Part shown: positions 12,425 to 22,153 of the stretch, piece by piece
Numbering within the stretch: the stretch's first letter is position 1
How the letters are laid out: every line of letters starts with the position of its first letter
NCBI GenBank assembly: GCA_964201515.1
Contig: CAXNGL010000003.1
Span: 1 to 38,078 of the forward strand
Direction of reading: 5' to 3'
DNA from: Burkholderiales bacterium
GTDB taxonomy: Bacteria; Pseudomonadota; Gammaproteobacteria; Burkholderiales; SG8-39
DNA: 38,078 nucleotides
Made by a program: the position numbers and the translations under genes
Notes under the pieces: model-generated
What the model was told of the DNA's origin: nothing
What the model saw: only the letters and a program-made list of their open reading frames with translations
Database searches by the model: none

Positions 12425-14446
12425 CTAGCGGAACCGCAATTCCAGCGTCCCCTGCAACGTACGGCCGGCCTGCGGAAACGCATTGAACGAAGTGCCCGCA
12501 CCATTTCGAATCGCATAGCTGTAGTACTGCTTGTCCAGCACGTTGTTGACTGCCAATGAAGCCGTCCAGTCCCGGCGCTCATGCGTCAACTTGAAGTCGA
12601 GCAACGCATAGGCTGGCATGCGACTGGGAAAGCTGTTCGTCTGGTCGTTGTCATAGTATTGCTTGCCAACGTGCCTCGCGACACCGCGGATTTGGGTCCT
12701 CTCGTTGAAGCGCCATGCAAAGCCGGCGTTGACCGTTTCACGCGGGACCAGCGGGATGAATTTTCCGCTGACGTCGACGGCGCCGATCATTCCATTACGG
12801 AACTTTGCCTCCGTTGCCGCTACATTTCCGAACAACGAAAGACTCTGCGTTGCATCCCAGGAGACGTCGAGTTCCAGTCCCTTGCGCGATGTCGGCGGCA
12901 GGTTGATATTGGAAAACGTCGGGGCAAAAAATTGAATTTCATTGTTCAACCGCATCTCATAGGTGCTGGCCCTTGCGCGAAGCCCCTCGCGGCGATATTC
13001 GGCACCTACCTCGTGATCACGAGAAGTCTGGGGCTCCAGCAGCGTCACTATGGCATCGCCCAGGGGGCCGCCGAATTGGGCGTAGCTTTCATCAATCGTC
13101 GCGGTTCGGAAGCTGTCCCCCATTCGCGCATAGACGGCAAAGGCGCGACTGAGATCGTGTCGCGCCCCGATCTCCCAGGCACGCGGCGCGCTCGTCTTCC
13201 TGCCTGTGGCATAGGCCACCGGATTGATCTGATCCGTCGCGGTCGTCGTCACACGATGCTGGCGAAAACCCAGGTTCAACTTGATACGCTCGCCCAACGC
13301 AGTATTGCCTTGCGCGTAGAACGCCTGATTCTGTTGCTCCGCCACCACTCGCGCAGCAGGTGCGCCCAGCGTTTCAAGGCTTGTCGAACGATTGGATATG
13401 TAACCCCAGTCGTCGGCATCCATGCCGATGACAACATTGTGGTCCAGTCCGGCAGCCCGAAACGGTATCTTGAGCCTTGGCGTGACCGACCATACATTGA
13501 CGCGAGTATCAGTGTAGGTGTTGAAGACCCCGCCTGCATAGTCCTTCAGAAGCGAAGTGCGGCCGCTTTGACGGTAACCGAGCTCAATCGCGAATTCCCC
13601 GAAACCCAGATCCCTGCTGCCGCCAAGGCTCGCATGCGCGCCATCCCGGGTCGAGAAGTCGCCTGGCCGTACGGTCCCGCGTGGATCCGCCGCTACCTGC
13701 GCTTTCGTGCGCTCGCCTGGCAACCTCAGACTCTGATTGTCGAGGCCGAACTTGAGCGCCGCCTGACCTTTGTCCCCAAAGTAATGCAGTTCACCACCTA
13801 TATTCTGCTGCTCGACCCGATTGTTCTGGCGGTAATTGTTTGACTCGGAATCGCTGAACCGTAAGGCAAAACCAAGACGCTCGTTGCCAAGCGAGAAACC
13901 TCCCCGCGTCTCGCGCATGCCGAAGCTGCCGGTTGTGGCCCCGATATTGGCCGCCCGGGCCCCCGGTTGTGGCGCTTTGGTGATGATGTTGATGGTGCCA
14001 CCCGAGGCTCCGCCACCGTATTGCACCGCGCCGGACCCACGCAGGATTTCGACACGTTCGATGCTGTCCAGAGGAATAGACGACCAGCGGACCGACGTGA
14101 GCTCGATTTCATTCAGGCGCTGCCCATTCAACAGTACCAGCGTGTTCTGATCGCCTGTCATGCCGAACCCACGCATGTCGATTTGCAAGTCCGGGCTTCC
14201 GGTACTGTCACGCGCCACAATGCCGGCCTCCTGCGACAGCAGTTCGGGCAACGTCGATGCAGCGCTTGCGGCGATGCGCGACGCACTGATTACGGTCATC
14301 CCGATGGGGGCATCGAGTGCACGCTCGGGAAACCGCGTCGCCGTGACGACGACTGCGTCCTCCATGGCAAAAGAAGGGGGGGATTGAAAACTGACGCAAA
14401 CCAACAGTGCAGGCGCAAATGCGCCCTTGAACGGGGTAAATGACAT
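12425..14446 (-). CDS. btuB: TonB-dependent receptor, BtuB-like (probable cobalamin receptor)
   Basis: TonB box DAVVVTATR, plug motifs (IERVEILRGSGAVQYG, GGTINIIT) and C-terminal NNVLDKQY...GRT. SD GAGGGAG precedes ATG 14446. Lies directly downstream of a cobalamin riboswitch. Confidence 0.85.
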   Translation of the reverse strand: MSFTPFKGAFAPALLVCVSFQSPPSFAMEDAVVVTATRFPERALDAPIGMTVISASRIAASAASTLPELLSQEAGIVARDSTGSPDLQIDMRGFGMTGDQNTLVLLNGQRLNEIELTSVRWSSIPLDSIERVEILRGSGAVQYGGGASGGTINIITKAPQPGARAANIGATTGSFGMRETRGGFSLGNERLGFALRFSDSESNNYRQNNRVEQQNIGGELHYFGDKGQAALKFGLDNQSLRLPGERTKAQVAADPRGTVRPGDFSTRDGAHASLGGSRDLGFGEFAIELGYRQSGRTSLLKDYAGGVFNTYTDTRVNVWSVTPRLKIPFRAAGLDHNVVIGMDADDWGYISNRSTSLETLGAPAARVVAEQQNQAFYAQGNTALGERIKLNLGFRQHRVTTTATDQINPVAYATGRKTSAPRAWEIGARHDLSRAFAVYARMGDSFRTATIDESYAQFGGPLGDAIVTLLEPQTSRDHEVGAEYRREGLRARASTYEMRLNNEIQFFAPTFSNINLPPTSRKGLELDVSWDATQSLSLFGNVAATEAKFRNGMIGAVDVSGKFIPLVPRETVNAGFAWRFNERTQIRGVARHVGKQYYDNDQTNSFPSRMPAYALLDFKLTHERRDWTASLAVNNVLDKQYYSYAIRNGAGTSFNAFPQAGRTLQGTLELRFR

Positions 14447-14567
14447 GACTTCTCCCTCAGCCCGCATCCCCGCGGGCCGGTATGGCGTGGAACAACATAA
14501 TGGAAACGCCGGGACAAGCAGCGGCTCGCGCCAACCCATACCGCCCGTCCGCAGTATTTCCGTCTAT

Positions 14568-14788
14568 CGTTCAGGCCGGTCTCCGGGCTTGTGGGATCAG
14601 GTGCGTCGCCTTCCCGCGAGCAAGTGCTCACAGTGGCTTGGCCGTTCTTGGGGAACAACCGATGTTTGACGCACCCGCGCGCACTTACCGTTGCGGGGGC
14701 AGCTCAGGAATGGGCAGAAGGTCATCCTGCATTCACCTGATTCCCGTTTCACCCCGGCGCAAGGATCGCGCGCGGGGCACCATGAACG
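14568..14788 (-). promoter_or_regulatory. Cobalamin (B12) riboswitch
   Basis: Minus strand reads CGTTCATGGTG...GAAACGGGAATCAGGTG...CTGCCCCCGCAACGGTAA...GCCACTG...GGGAAGGC...AAGCCCGGAGACCGGCCTGAACG. All hallmark segments are present, including the B12 box, and P1 closes CGTTCA/TGAACG. Confidence 0.96.
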
Positions 14789-14797
14789 AGCGGGGCC

Positions 14798-14806
14798 ACT
14801 CTATCA
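14798..14806 (-). promoter_or_regulatory. Extended -10 (TGATAGAGT) for the riboswitch/btuB transcript
   Basis: Would place the start site near 14791, just 5' of riboswitch P1. Confidence 0.45.
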
Positions 14807-14878
14807 CATGCTTCGGGAATGCCACGAATGACAAACATCCCCGATCACGAATCTACATTGAAAATAATTCCTTACGCC

Positions 14879-14908
14879 TTGACGCAACAGGATTTTTCAA
14901 ACTATAGT
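14879..14908 (+). promoter_or_regulatory. Sigma70 promoter for zapB-zapA
   Basis: TTGACG (14879-84), 18-nt spacer, TATAGT (14903-08), with AT-rich sequence upstream. Confidence 0.7.
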
Positions 14909-14914
14909 GCAACG

Positions 14915-15106
14915 ATGGATGCTGAATTTGCCACGCTTGAGGACAAGATCCGTCAAGCAGCCAACCTGTGCCGCAAACTGCGCGACGAGAATCGCGACCT
15001 GCGACAACAGCTCGCGACACTCGAGAATGATCGCCAGCGGCTATCGGAAAAGATCGATGGCGCTCGCCACAGGCTCGAGGGCCTGTTGCAAAGAATTCCC
15101 GAGTAG
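14915..15106 (+). CDS. zapB: Short coiled-coil cell division protein, ZapB-like
   Basis: 63 aa heptad-rich LEDKIRQAANLCRKLRDENRDLRQQ..., immediately upstream of zapA. Confidence 0.75.
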   Translation: MDAEFATLEDKIRQAANLCRKLRDENRDLRQQLATLENDRQRLSEKIDGARHRLEGLLQRIPE

Positions 15107-15160
15107 TTCCATGAGCCTGCATCGATGGCTTCACGCTGTTTCTGAATTGTAAATGCCAGA

Positions 15161-15484
15161 ATGAGCACAAAACCGAAGACGCTGGACGTCACCATCATGG
15201 GTCGCAATTACAAGGTTGCCTGCGCCGACGAAGAGCGCGAAGGCCTCTTGGCTGCTGTCACACACCTTGATGACAAGATGAACGAGATCAAAGCGATCGG
15301 AAAAGTCGCCAGTGCCGAGCGCATTGCCGTGATGGCGGCACTCAACACCGCCCATGAATTGCTGCAATTGCGCGACGGAAAATCGGTTGGCAGCAGCTTT
15401 GACAACGATGGGCTCAAGCGTAGAATGAATTCAATGCAAGCGCTGCTTGACGAGGTGCTGGTTCCGCAGGATCGCTTGATTTAG
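15161..15484 (+). CDS. zapA: Cell division protein ZapA
   Basis: LDVTIMGRNYKVAC and ERIAVMAALNTAHELL signature; precedes 6S RNA. Confidence 0.93.
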   Translation: MSTKPKTLDVTIMGRNYKVACADEEREGLLAAVTHLDDKMNEIKAIGKVASAERIAVMAALNTAHELLQLRDGKSVGSSFDNDGLKRRMNSMQALLDEVLVPQDRLI

Positions 15485-15527
15485 GTCTCTGCGCGGCGTC
15501 CCGGAATACAGTTGCCCATTGATTCAT

Positions 15528-15722
15528 TGTCCCCTGCGGTGTTTGCCAGGACCCGGAGATTCTTGAGCCAACATTGAGATCCCGGGTCGCTGCCCAAAGT
15601 GCCACTGTTGTGCGCGTCTCCCGTTCCTGGAACGAGCCGGACGTGCCTGATGTGACCGGAAAGCGACCACCTAGAACCGTTCTTGGTTCAGGATCAGGGT
15701 CCAGCGGCATTAGCGGGGGGCA
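15528..15722 (+). ncRNA. ssrS: 6S RNA
   Basis: Ends pair (TGTCCCCTGC/GCGGGGGGCA). Conserved TGAGCCAACA, CACCTAGAACC..GGTTCAGG and AGCGGCA segments resemble E. coli ssrS. Canonical position after zapA. Confidence 0.92.
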
Positions 15723-15730
15723 CCCATTGC

Positions 15731-15762
15731 GAAACGCAGGCTCCAACCTGCGTTTCTTTTTT
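15731..15762 (+). terminator. Rho-independent terminator after ssrS
   Basis: GAAACGCAGG-CTCCAA-CCTGCGTTTC followed by TTTTTT. Confidence 0.88.
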
Positions 15763-15820
15763 GGCGCTGCTGAAATGACGCGGATGCAGTTGTGAAACCA
15801 ACCCGACGATTGGCAAAGCA

Positions 15821-16285
15821 ATGAGATATTGGCTGATGAAATCTGAACCCCACGAGTTCAGTTTCGATGATCTGACGAAAGCGCCCGGCAAGCGCACGCC
15901 CTGGTTTGGCGTGCGCAACTACCAGGCGCGCAATTTCATGCGCGACCAGATGAAACCCGGTGATCCCGTGTTCTTCTACCACTCAAGCTGCCCGGAGCCA
16001 GGCATTGCCGGCATCGCGGAAGTCGCATCCCCACCCTATCCGGACGCGACCCAATTCGATGCCAAGAGCAAGTACCACGACCCTGCGGCGACGCCCGAGA
16101 CGCCCCGCTGGTTCCACGTCGATGTGAAAATGGCGAAGAAGATTCCCTTCGTCAGCCTCGCCGAACTGCGCAGGCACCGCGAACTGGCCGGGATGCGGCT
16201 GCTGCAGAAGGGAAATCGCCTGTCAATCACGCCCGTCGACCCGCTCGAATGGAAATTCATCTCGGGTAAATTGCTCAAGCCTTGA
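15821..16285 (+). CDS. EVE domain protein
   Basis: YWLMKSEP, WFGVRNYQARNFMRD, FFYHSSC and RLSITPV. Confidence 0.93.
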   Translation: MRYWLMKSEPHEFSFDDLTKAPGKRTPWFGVRNYQARNFMRDQMKPGDPVFFYHSSCPEPGIAGIAEVASPPYPDATQFDAKSKYHDPAATPETPRWFHVDVKMAKKIPFVSLAELRRHRELAGMRLLQKGNRLSITPVDPLEWKFISGKLLKP

Positions 16286-16387
16286 TGCGACGCCCCCCGC
16301 GCCTTGCCGGTGTCCGGCCACTGCCGGAGTATTCAATGCATCGCAAGCATGCTTCCGGTTCCCAAGAACAACGCTCAGGCTGATTGA

Positions 16388-17470
16388 ATGACCACTCCCC
16401 AGAATGACACGCTGTTACGCGCGCTGCTGCGGCAGCCGACACAGCGCACGCCGGTTTGGCTGATGCGACAGGCCGGGCGCTACCTGCCGGAATACCGCGC
16501 CACTCGCGCCCGCGCCGGGAGCTTTCTTGCGCTCGCAAAATCCCCGGCTCTCGCCACTGAAGTCACATTGCAGCCACTCGAGCGCTACCGCCTCGACGCG
16601 GCCATCCTGTTTTCCGACATCCTCACCGTCCCCGATGCCATGGGACTCGGCCTGTATTTCGCGGACGGCGAAGGCCCGCGTTTCCACCATCCGGTTCGCG
16701 ACGCCGCCGCCGTGGCGAAACTGGTTGCGCCGGATCCCTCTGGCGAGCTGCGCTATGTCATCGACGCGGTTTCGGAAATTCGCAGAGCGCTGCACAACCG
16801 CGTGCCCTTGATCGGGTTTTCGGGCAGCCCCTACACGCTGGCCTGCTACATGGTCGAAGGCGGCGGTAGCGATGATTTTCGCACCATCAAGACCATGCTC
16901 TACAGCGAACCGGCGCTCCTGCACCGGATACTGGAGGTCAATGCCCGGGCAGTGACTGACTATCTGAATGCCCAAATCGAAGCAGGCGCTCAGGCGGTGA
17001 TGCTCTTCGACACCTGGGGCGGCAATCTGTCGCACGCTGCGTTTCGCGAATTTTCGCTCGCGTATACCCGCCAGGTGCTTGCCGGTTTGAAGCGCGAACA
17101 TGACGGCGCGCGCATTCCCAGCATCGTGTTCACAAAAGGCGGCGGCCTGTGGCTGGAGGACATTGCCGCAAGCGGGAGCGATGCAGTCGGCCTTGACTGG
17201 ACCATGAGCCTGCGCGACGCGCGCGCCCTCGTGGGCAATCGCGTCGCGCTACAAGGCAACATGGATCCGATGGCCCTGTTCGCATCGCCCGATGCCGTCC
17301 GCAGCGAGGTAGCGCGAGTGCTCGCCGATTTTGGTGCCGGCCCCGGCCACGTTTTCAACCTCGGCCACGGCATCTCGCAGTTCACGCCGCCTGAAAACGT
17401 CGCTGCGTTGGTCGAGGCCGTGCACGAACTCAGCCCGGCCTATCATGGCAGTGGCGAGAGTCCGCGCTAG
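16388..17470 (+). CDS. hemE: Uroporphyrinogen decarboxylase
   Basis: [30 protein letters not shown] and FNLGHG. Confidence 0.97.
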   Translation: MTTPQNDTLLRALLRQPTQRTPVWLMRQAGRYLPEYRATRARAGSFLALAKSPALATEVTLQPLERYRLDAAILFSDILTVPDAMGLGLYFADGEGPRFHHPVRDAAAVAKLVAPDPSGELRYVIDAVSEIRRALHNRVPLIGFSGSPYTLACYMVEGGGSDDFRTIKTMLYSEPALLHRILEVNARAVTDYLNAQIEAGAQAVMLFDTWGGNLSHAAFREFSLAYTRQVLAGLKREHDGARIPSIVFTKGGGLWLEDIAASGSDAVGLDWTMSLRDARALVGNRVALQGNMDPMALFASPDAVRSEVARVLADFGAGPGHVFNLGHGISQFTPPENVAALVEAVHELSPAYHGSGESPR

Positions 17471-17643
17471 CAGCGCTGTTGAAAAGCACTTCCTTCTGGA
17501 ACAGAGGTGCAAGTGACCACATTTTTTCTTCGCTGAATATTTTTTTGGCAACCTGCAAGACAAGAAATCGTCAGGCCGGACCACGAATCAGGGCGGCGTG
17601 ACGGGAATGTGGCCTGTTGATCGCGCACCTGCATGCCATGCGG

Positions 17644-17843
17644 TTATGCACAGACCCCCCGGCAACGCCACGACTGGCGCGGGTTTCCAAGGGCCTCGCT
17701 CGGGAGGCGCTGTATTTCATTGATTTTATAGGGTTATTTTTAAGGCCGCGAAATTGTGCAGAGGAAAAAACTCCTTTTGCCAAGCCTAGTTACAGTTTGA
17801 TTACGATGAAATACACAGATTTATCCACAGATTTTGTGCAGAA
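17644..17843. promoter_or_regulatory. DnaA-box cluster (DARS-like or oriC-like)
   Basis: TTATGCACA 17644-52; TGTGCAGAG 17755-63 (degenerate, reverse); AAATACACA 17809-17 (degenerate); perfect TTATCCACA 17821-29; TGTGCAGAA 17835-43 (reverse, 1 mismatch). IHF-like AATCAATGAAATA on the minus strand at 17713-25. All within an AT-enriched 455-bp intergenic region. Confidence 0.7.
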
Positions 17844-17925
17844 CCGTAAAAACGATAACGCAGGCAATTGCTTAGCGGATTTTGCTGTCAAAAACACTCA
17901 GGTTGCATCGCATGCGTAACTTCCC

Positions 17926-20124
17926 ATGATCATTGCACGCGTCGCCTTGGATGTGCCGCTGCCACGATTGTTCGACTATGTTGCGGATGGTCTCGAGGCT
18001 AGCGCAATCGGATTGCGCGTTGTCGTGCCCTTTGGCCAGGCTGGCGCTGCAACAGCAGCGCGCAGTGCAGTCGGTGTCATCGTCGCAATTGCCGGCGACT
18101 CCATCATCGCACCTGAAAAATTGAAACCGATCCTGCGTCTGCTGTGGGATACGCCACCGCTGCCGTCGGACTGGCTTCGCTTGATGACCTTTTGTTCCGG
18201 TTATTACCAGAAGCCCATCGGCGAAGTGTTGCTGTCGGCACTTCCACCGCGCCTGCGCACTGCAAACGCGCTGCCTCCAGGTGAACGCCAATACCGGCTG
18301 ATGCGCCCGGCCAGTGAACTCATGGAGAACTTGCCGGCCCGCGCTCTACGACGCCGAGCGTTGCTCGACATGCTGGCCCTCGGTCCCATCGACCACGCGA
18401 CTGCGGCCCGGCTCGATAGCGGTAGCCGCACCGCGCTCAAGGCGATGCTTGCAGAGGGTGCGGTGGTCGCCGAGGAGCCCGCGCCGGGTCGTCCCGAATT
18501 TGTTGCGCCGCACGTACTCTTGCCGGAACAGCAATCGGTCATCGACGCCATTGGTGGCGACATGCGACGCTTCGGCGTACACCTGCTGTTTGGCATCACC
18601 GGCAGTGGCAAGACCGAAGTGTTCCTGCATCTTATTGCCAGCGCGCTCGCTACGGGGCGTCAGGCACTGGTGCTGGTGCCGGAAATCGCCTTGACCCCGT
18701 CCCTCCTCGCGGCATTCACGGCCCGTTTTCCCGGCGCCATCATTGTCATGCAGCATAGCGGCATGCCCGAGCTCGAGCGCGTTCGGGGCTGGCTGGATGC
18801 ACAGCGTGGGCGCGCCGATATCGTGCTTGGCACACGGCTTGCCGCATGGGTTCCGCTGGCGCGTCCCGGCATTATCGTTGTCGACGAAGAGCAGGACGCA
18901 TCCTTCAAGCAGCAGGATGGGCTGCGCTACAACGCGCGCGACGTCGCCATCTACCGTGCTCGCGAAGCCGGCATTCCCATTGTATTGTCGTCGGCGACGC
19001 CGTCGCTGGAGAGTTACCACCATGCGCTGGGCGGGCGCTATCACCTGCACCACCTTGGCGCGCGCGCGCATGCCACGGCGGCTCTGCCTGCGGTGCGCCT
19101 GGTCGACACGCGCCGACATCCGGCACGGCATGGGTTGACCGAACCGCTCGCCGATGCCATCGCCAAGCGCCTGGCACAGGGCGAGCAGGTGCTGGTGTTC
19201 CTCAACCGGCGCGGTTATGCGCCGGTATTGGCATGCAATGCCTGCGGCTGGATTTCCAATTGCCCGGACTGCGCCGCCCATCTGGTGGTGCACCTCGCCG
19301 AACGCCGCCTGCGCTGCCATCACTGCGGACATGTCGAAGCCCTGCCGCGCGCCTGCCCCGATTGCGGCAACCTCGATCTGCATCCGCTAGGACGTGGCAC
19401 GCAACGACTGGAAGGCAGCCTGGCGGAGCGCTTTCCGGATGCCCGCATCCTGCGCATCGATGGCGATAGCACCCGCAATCGCGGCAGCCTGGAAACCATG
19501 CTCGAGGACGTCCATGCCGGTCGCGCCAACCTCCTCATCGGCACCCAGATCCTGGCCAAGGGCCACCATTTCGAGAAGCTCACGCTGGTCGCCGTCCTGA
19601 ATGCCGACGCCGGCCTCTTCGCCGCGGACTACCGGGCCAGCGAACGCCTGTTCTCGCAACTGGAGCAAGTGGCAGGTCGCGCCGGGCGGGCGCACCTGCC
19701 CGGTGAAGTGTGGATACAGACCCGGTTTCCCGATCACCCGTTGTACCAGGCCCTGGCCCGGCACGACTACGCGGGTTTCGCGGCCTCTGTGCTTGAAGAG
19801 CGCGAGCAGGCGGGGTTCCCGCCGTTCGTGTTCGAGGCCGCATTGCGCGCCGAAGCCGAAACGCAGGCCCGCGCGCACACCTTCCTCGAGCAGGCCCTGC
19901 TGGCTGCCCCCCCCGAGCGTGATGGCATTACGCTGTTTCGTCCGGTGCCCATGGCCATGCCGCGATTGGCGCGACTCGAGCGCGTGCAACTGGTGTTGCA
20001 ATCGGCATCGCGGCCTCGGCTGCAGGCTTGGCTGCAGCAATGGTCGCAAGCGCTGTACGGATTGCGCGGCAGCGTGACCAAGGGCGTGCGCTGGCACCTC
20101 GACATCGACCCGACCGAGTTCTAG
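17926..20124 (+). CDS. priA: Primosomal protein N' (replication restart helicase)
   Basis: [35 protein letters not shown], four CxxC pairs, QVAGRAGR and C-terminal LDIDP. Confidence 0.96.
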   Translation: MIIARVALDVPLPRLFDYVADGLEASAIGLRVVVPFGQAGAATAARSAVGVIVAIAGDSIIAPEKLKPILRLLWDTPPLPSDWLRLMTFCSGYYQKPIGEVLLSALPPRLRTANALPPGERQYRLMRPASELMENLPARALRRRALLDMLALGPIDHATAARLDSGSRTALKAMLAEGAVVAEEPAPGRPEFVAPHVLLPEQQSVIDAIGGDMRRFGVHLLFGITGSGKTEVFLHLIASALATGRQALVLVPEIALTPSLLAAFTARFPGAIIVMQHSGMPELERVRGWLDAQRGRADIVLGTRLAAWVPLARPGIIVVDEEQDASFKQQDGLRYNARDVAIYRAREAGIPIVLSSATPSLESYHHALGGRYHLHHLGARAHATAALPAVRLVDTRRHPARHGLTEPLADAIAKRLAQGEQVLVFLNRRGYAPVLACNACGWISNCPDCAAHLVVHLAERRLRCHHCGHVEALPRACPDCGNLDLHPLGRGTQRLEGSLAERFPDARILRIDGDSTRNRGSLETMLEDVHAGRANLLIGTQILAKGHHFEKLTLVAVLNADAGLFAADYRASERLFSQLEQVAGRAGRAHLPGEVWIQTRFPDHPLYQALARHDYAGFAASVLEEREQAGFPPFVFEAALRAEAETQARAHTFLEQALLAAPPERDGITLFRPVPMAMPRLARLERVQLVLQSASRPRLQAWLQQWSQALYGLRGSVTKGVRWHLDIDPTEF

Positions 20125-20125
20125 C

Positions 20126-20207
20126 GGGACCACGCGGCCTGTTATGCAGGCCCGGCCGCACTGCTGGAGGGATCGTGCGGCCTGCTGCGCAGGCTCGGCC
20201 GCGCTGC
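20126..20207. repeat. Two imperfect 39-bp direct repeats, each with an internal palindrome (REP-like)
   Basis: GGGACCACGCGGCCTGTTATGCAGGCCCGGCCGCACTGC (20126-64) versus GGGATCGTGCGGCCTGCTGCGCAGGCTCGGCCGCGCTGC (20169-207): 31/39 identical. Confidence 0.75.
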
Positions 20208-20357
20208 AAGATCGGAAATTGCCGCCGCTTCGCCCCTGCATGCAGGCGCAAATTCACCCACCACAGCAGCCGGCGCGCAGCCGCTGGAAGCTATAATGGG
20301 TGCCCTCCCAAGCGCGGACGCCCTGCAACGCTGTTCGCGCGCCACTGTCCCGACGTC

Positions 20358-22073
20358 ATGTCTTCCGAAATCAAGTCCCACCTGATCGATATCCTGGCGC
20401 AGGCGCTGGCCAAGGTCGCGCTTGGGCAACCGGCCTCGCTCATCACGCTGGAGCGGCCCAAGCAGGCGCAGCACGGCGACTTTTCGTGCCCGGTCGCCAT
20501 GCAACTGGCGCGACTGCTGCGCCGCAACCCGCGTGAAGTTGCCAACGAATTGCTTGCCGCACTTCCCGCCTCTGAATGGCTGGAGAAGGCCGAAATTGCC
20601 GGCGCGGGCTTCATCAACCTGCGGGTGCATGCGAGTGCCAAACAGGCTGTCGTGCGCAGTGTGCTTGCCGCCGGCACCGCCTACGGCCGCGGCAATAGCG
20701 CCATCGGCCAGCCGGTCCTGGTGGAGTTCGTTTCCGCCAATCCGACCGGGCCACTGCATGTCGGCCATGGCCGCCAGGCCGCACTGGGCGACGCGATTTC
20801 GTCGCTGCTGGATGCCCAGGGCTACAAGGTGTCGCGGGAGTTCTATTACAACGACGCCGGTGCGCAGATCGACAATCTCGCGCTGTCGGTGCAGGCGCGC
20901 ATCCGCGGCATCGAGCCGGATGCTCCCGGTTGGCCGGCCGACGGCTACCGCGGCGATTATATCGGCGACATCTCGACCGACTATATTGCCGGCAGGACAG
21001 TCGGGGCCGGCCGCGTTCCGTCGATCACCGCTGCAGGCGACCCTGACAACCTGGATGCGATCCGCCGCTTCGCGGTCGCCTATCTTCGTTGCGAACAGGA
21101 TGCCGATCTGGAAGCCTTCGGCGTGCGCTTCGACAACTACTACCTCGAGTCCTCGCTTTACGCCGAGGGGCGAGTGGAGCGGGCAGTACAGACCATGGTC
21201 GCTGCCGGCAAGAGCTATGAGCAGGATGGCGCGCTGTGGCTGAAGACCACCGATTACGGCGACGACAAGGACCGCGTGATGCGCAAGTCCGATGGCGGCT
21301 ACACTTATTTCGTCCCCGATGTCGCCTACCATGTCACTAAATGGGAGCGCGGATTTTCCCGCGCCATCAACGTCCAGGGCTCCGACCACCACAGCACCAT
21401 CACGCGCGTGCGCGCCGGCCTGCAGGCTGTTTCCGGCGCCTCCGGGCTCGACATCGCGCCCGGCTATCCCGACTATGTTCTGCACAAAATGGTGACGGTC
21501 ATGAAATCAGGCGAGGAAGTGCGCATCAGCAAGCGCGCGGGCGCCTACGTGACCCTGCGCGACCTCATCGACGATGTCGGCCGGGATGCCACGCGCTTCT
21601 TTCTGGTGTCGCGCAAGGCCGACAGCGAATTCACCTTCGATGTCGACCTCGCTAAATCGCAGTCCGAGGAAAATCCCGTCTATTACGTGCAATATGCCCA
21701 CGCCAGGGTGTGTTCGGTGCTGGAACAATGGCGCACGCAAAATCCGGAAGAAGCCCGCGGACACCAAGCCGATGCCGACTTCGCTGCCATCGACCTGTCA
21801 CCGCTGACGGGCGCGCGTGAACAGGCTTTGCTGCAGCGCCTGGGCGAATATCCGGAGGCCCTCGAAGCCGCCGCACGGGAACTGGCCCCGCATCAGGTGG
21901 CCTTTTACCTGCGTGAACTGGCAGGTGAGTTCCACAGTTACTATAATGCCGAGCGCGTCCTCGTTCCTGAATTGCCCGTCAAGATCGCGCGCATTGCGCT
22001 GATTGTCGCGGTGCGCCGGGTGCTGGCGAACGGGCTCGCGCTGCTGGGCGTCAGTGCACCGCAGAAAATGTAG
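20358..22073 (+). CDS. argS: Arginine--tRNA ligase
   Basis: [37 protein letters not shown] and YVQYAHAR. Start MSSEIK at 20358; TATAAT at 20292-97 upstream. Confidence 0.97.
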   Translation: MSSEIKSHLIDILAQALAKVALGQPASLITLERPKQAQHGDFSCPVAMQLARLLRRNPREVANELLAALPASEWLEKAEIAGAGFINLRVHASAKQAVVRSVLAAGTAYGRGNSAIGQPVLVEFVSANPTGPLHVGHGRQAALGDAISSLLDAQGYKVSREFYYNDAGAQIDNLALSVQARIRGIEPDAPGWPADGYRGDYIGDISTDYIAGRTVGAGRVPSITAAGDPDNLDAIRRFAVAYLRCEQDADLEAFGVRFDNYYLESSLYAEGRVERAVQTMVAAGKSYEQDGALWLKTTDYGDDKDRVMRKSDGGYTYFVPDVAYHVTKWERGFSRAINVQGSDHHSTITRVRAGLQAVSGASGLDIAPGYPDYVLHKMVTVMKSGEEVRISKRAGAYVTLRDLIDDVGRDATRFFLVSRKADSEFTFDVDLAKSQSEENPVYYVQYAHARVCSVLEQWRTQNPEEARGHQADADFAAIDLSPLTGAREQALLQRLGEYPEALEAAARELAPHQVAFYLRELAGEFHSYYNAERVLVPELPVKIARIALIVAVRRVLANGLALLGVSAPQKM

Positions 22074-22153
22074 CTCCCGCAGTTGCAAGTCGTAGCCGCA
22101 CCAGTAACCTGAAGGAAGAAGCGCCACCCGGCCGACCCGGGGCGCGATGGATA

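Noticed and set aside
15574-15821. ORFs overlapping ssrS
   Set aside because: The region is explained by 6S RNA and its terminator.
15821-16285. EVE protein as part of a modification-dependent restriction system
   Set aside because: Stand-alone domain in its housekeeping neighbourhood, with no nuclease or ATPase partner.
17571-17919. Small ORFs in the hemE-priA gap
   Set aside because: Atypical composition; the region is better explained by the DnaA/IHF-like sites.
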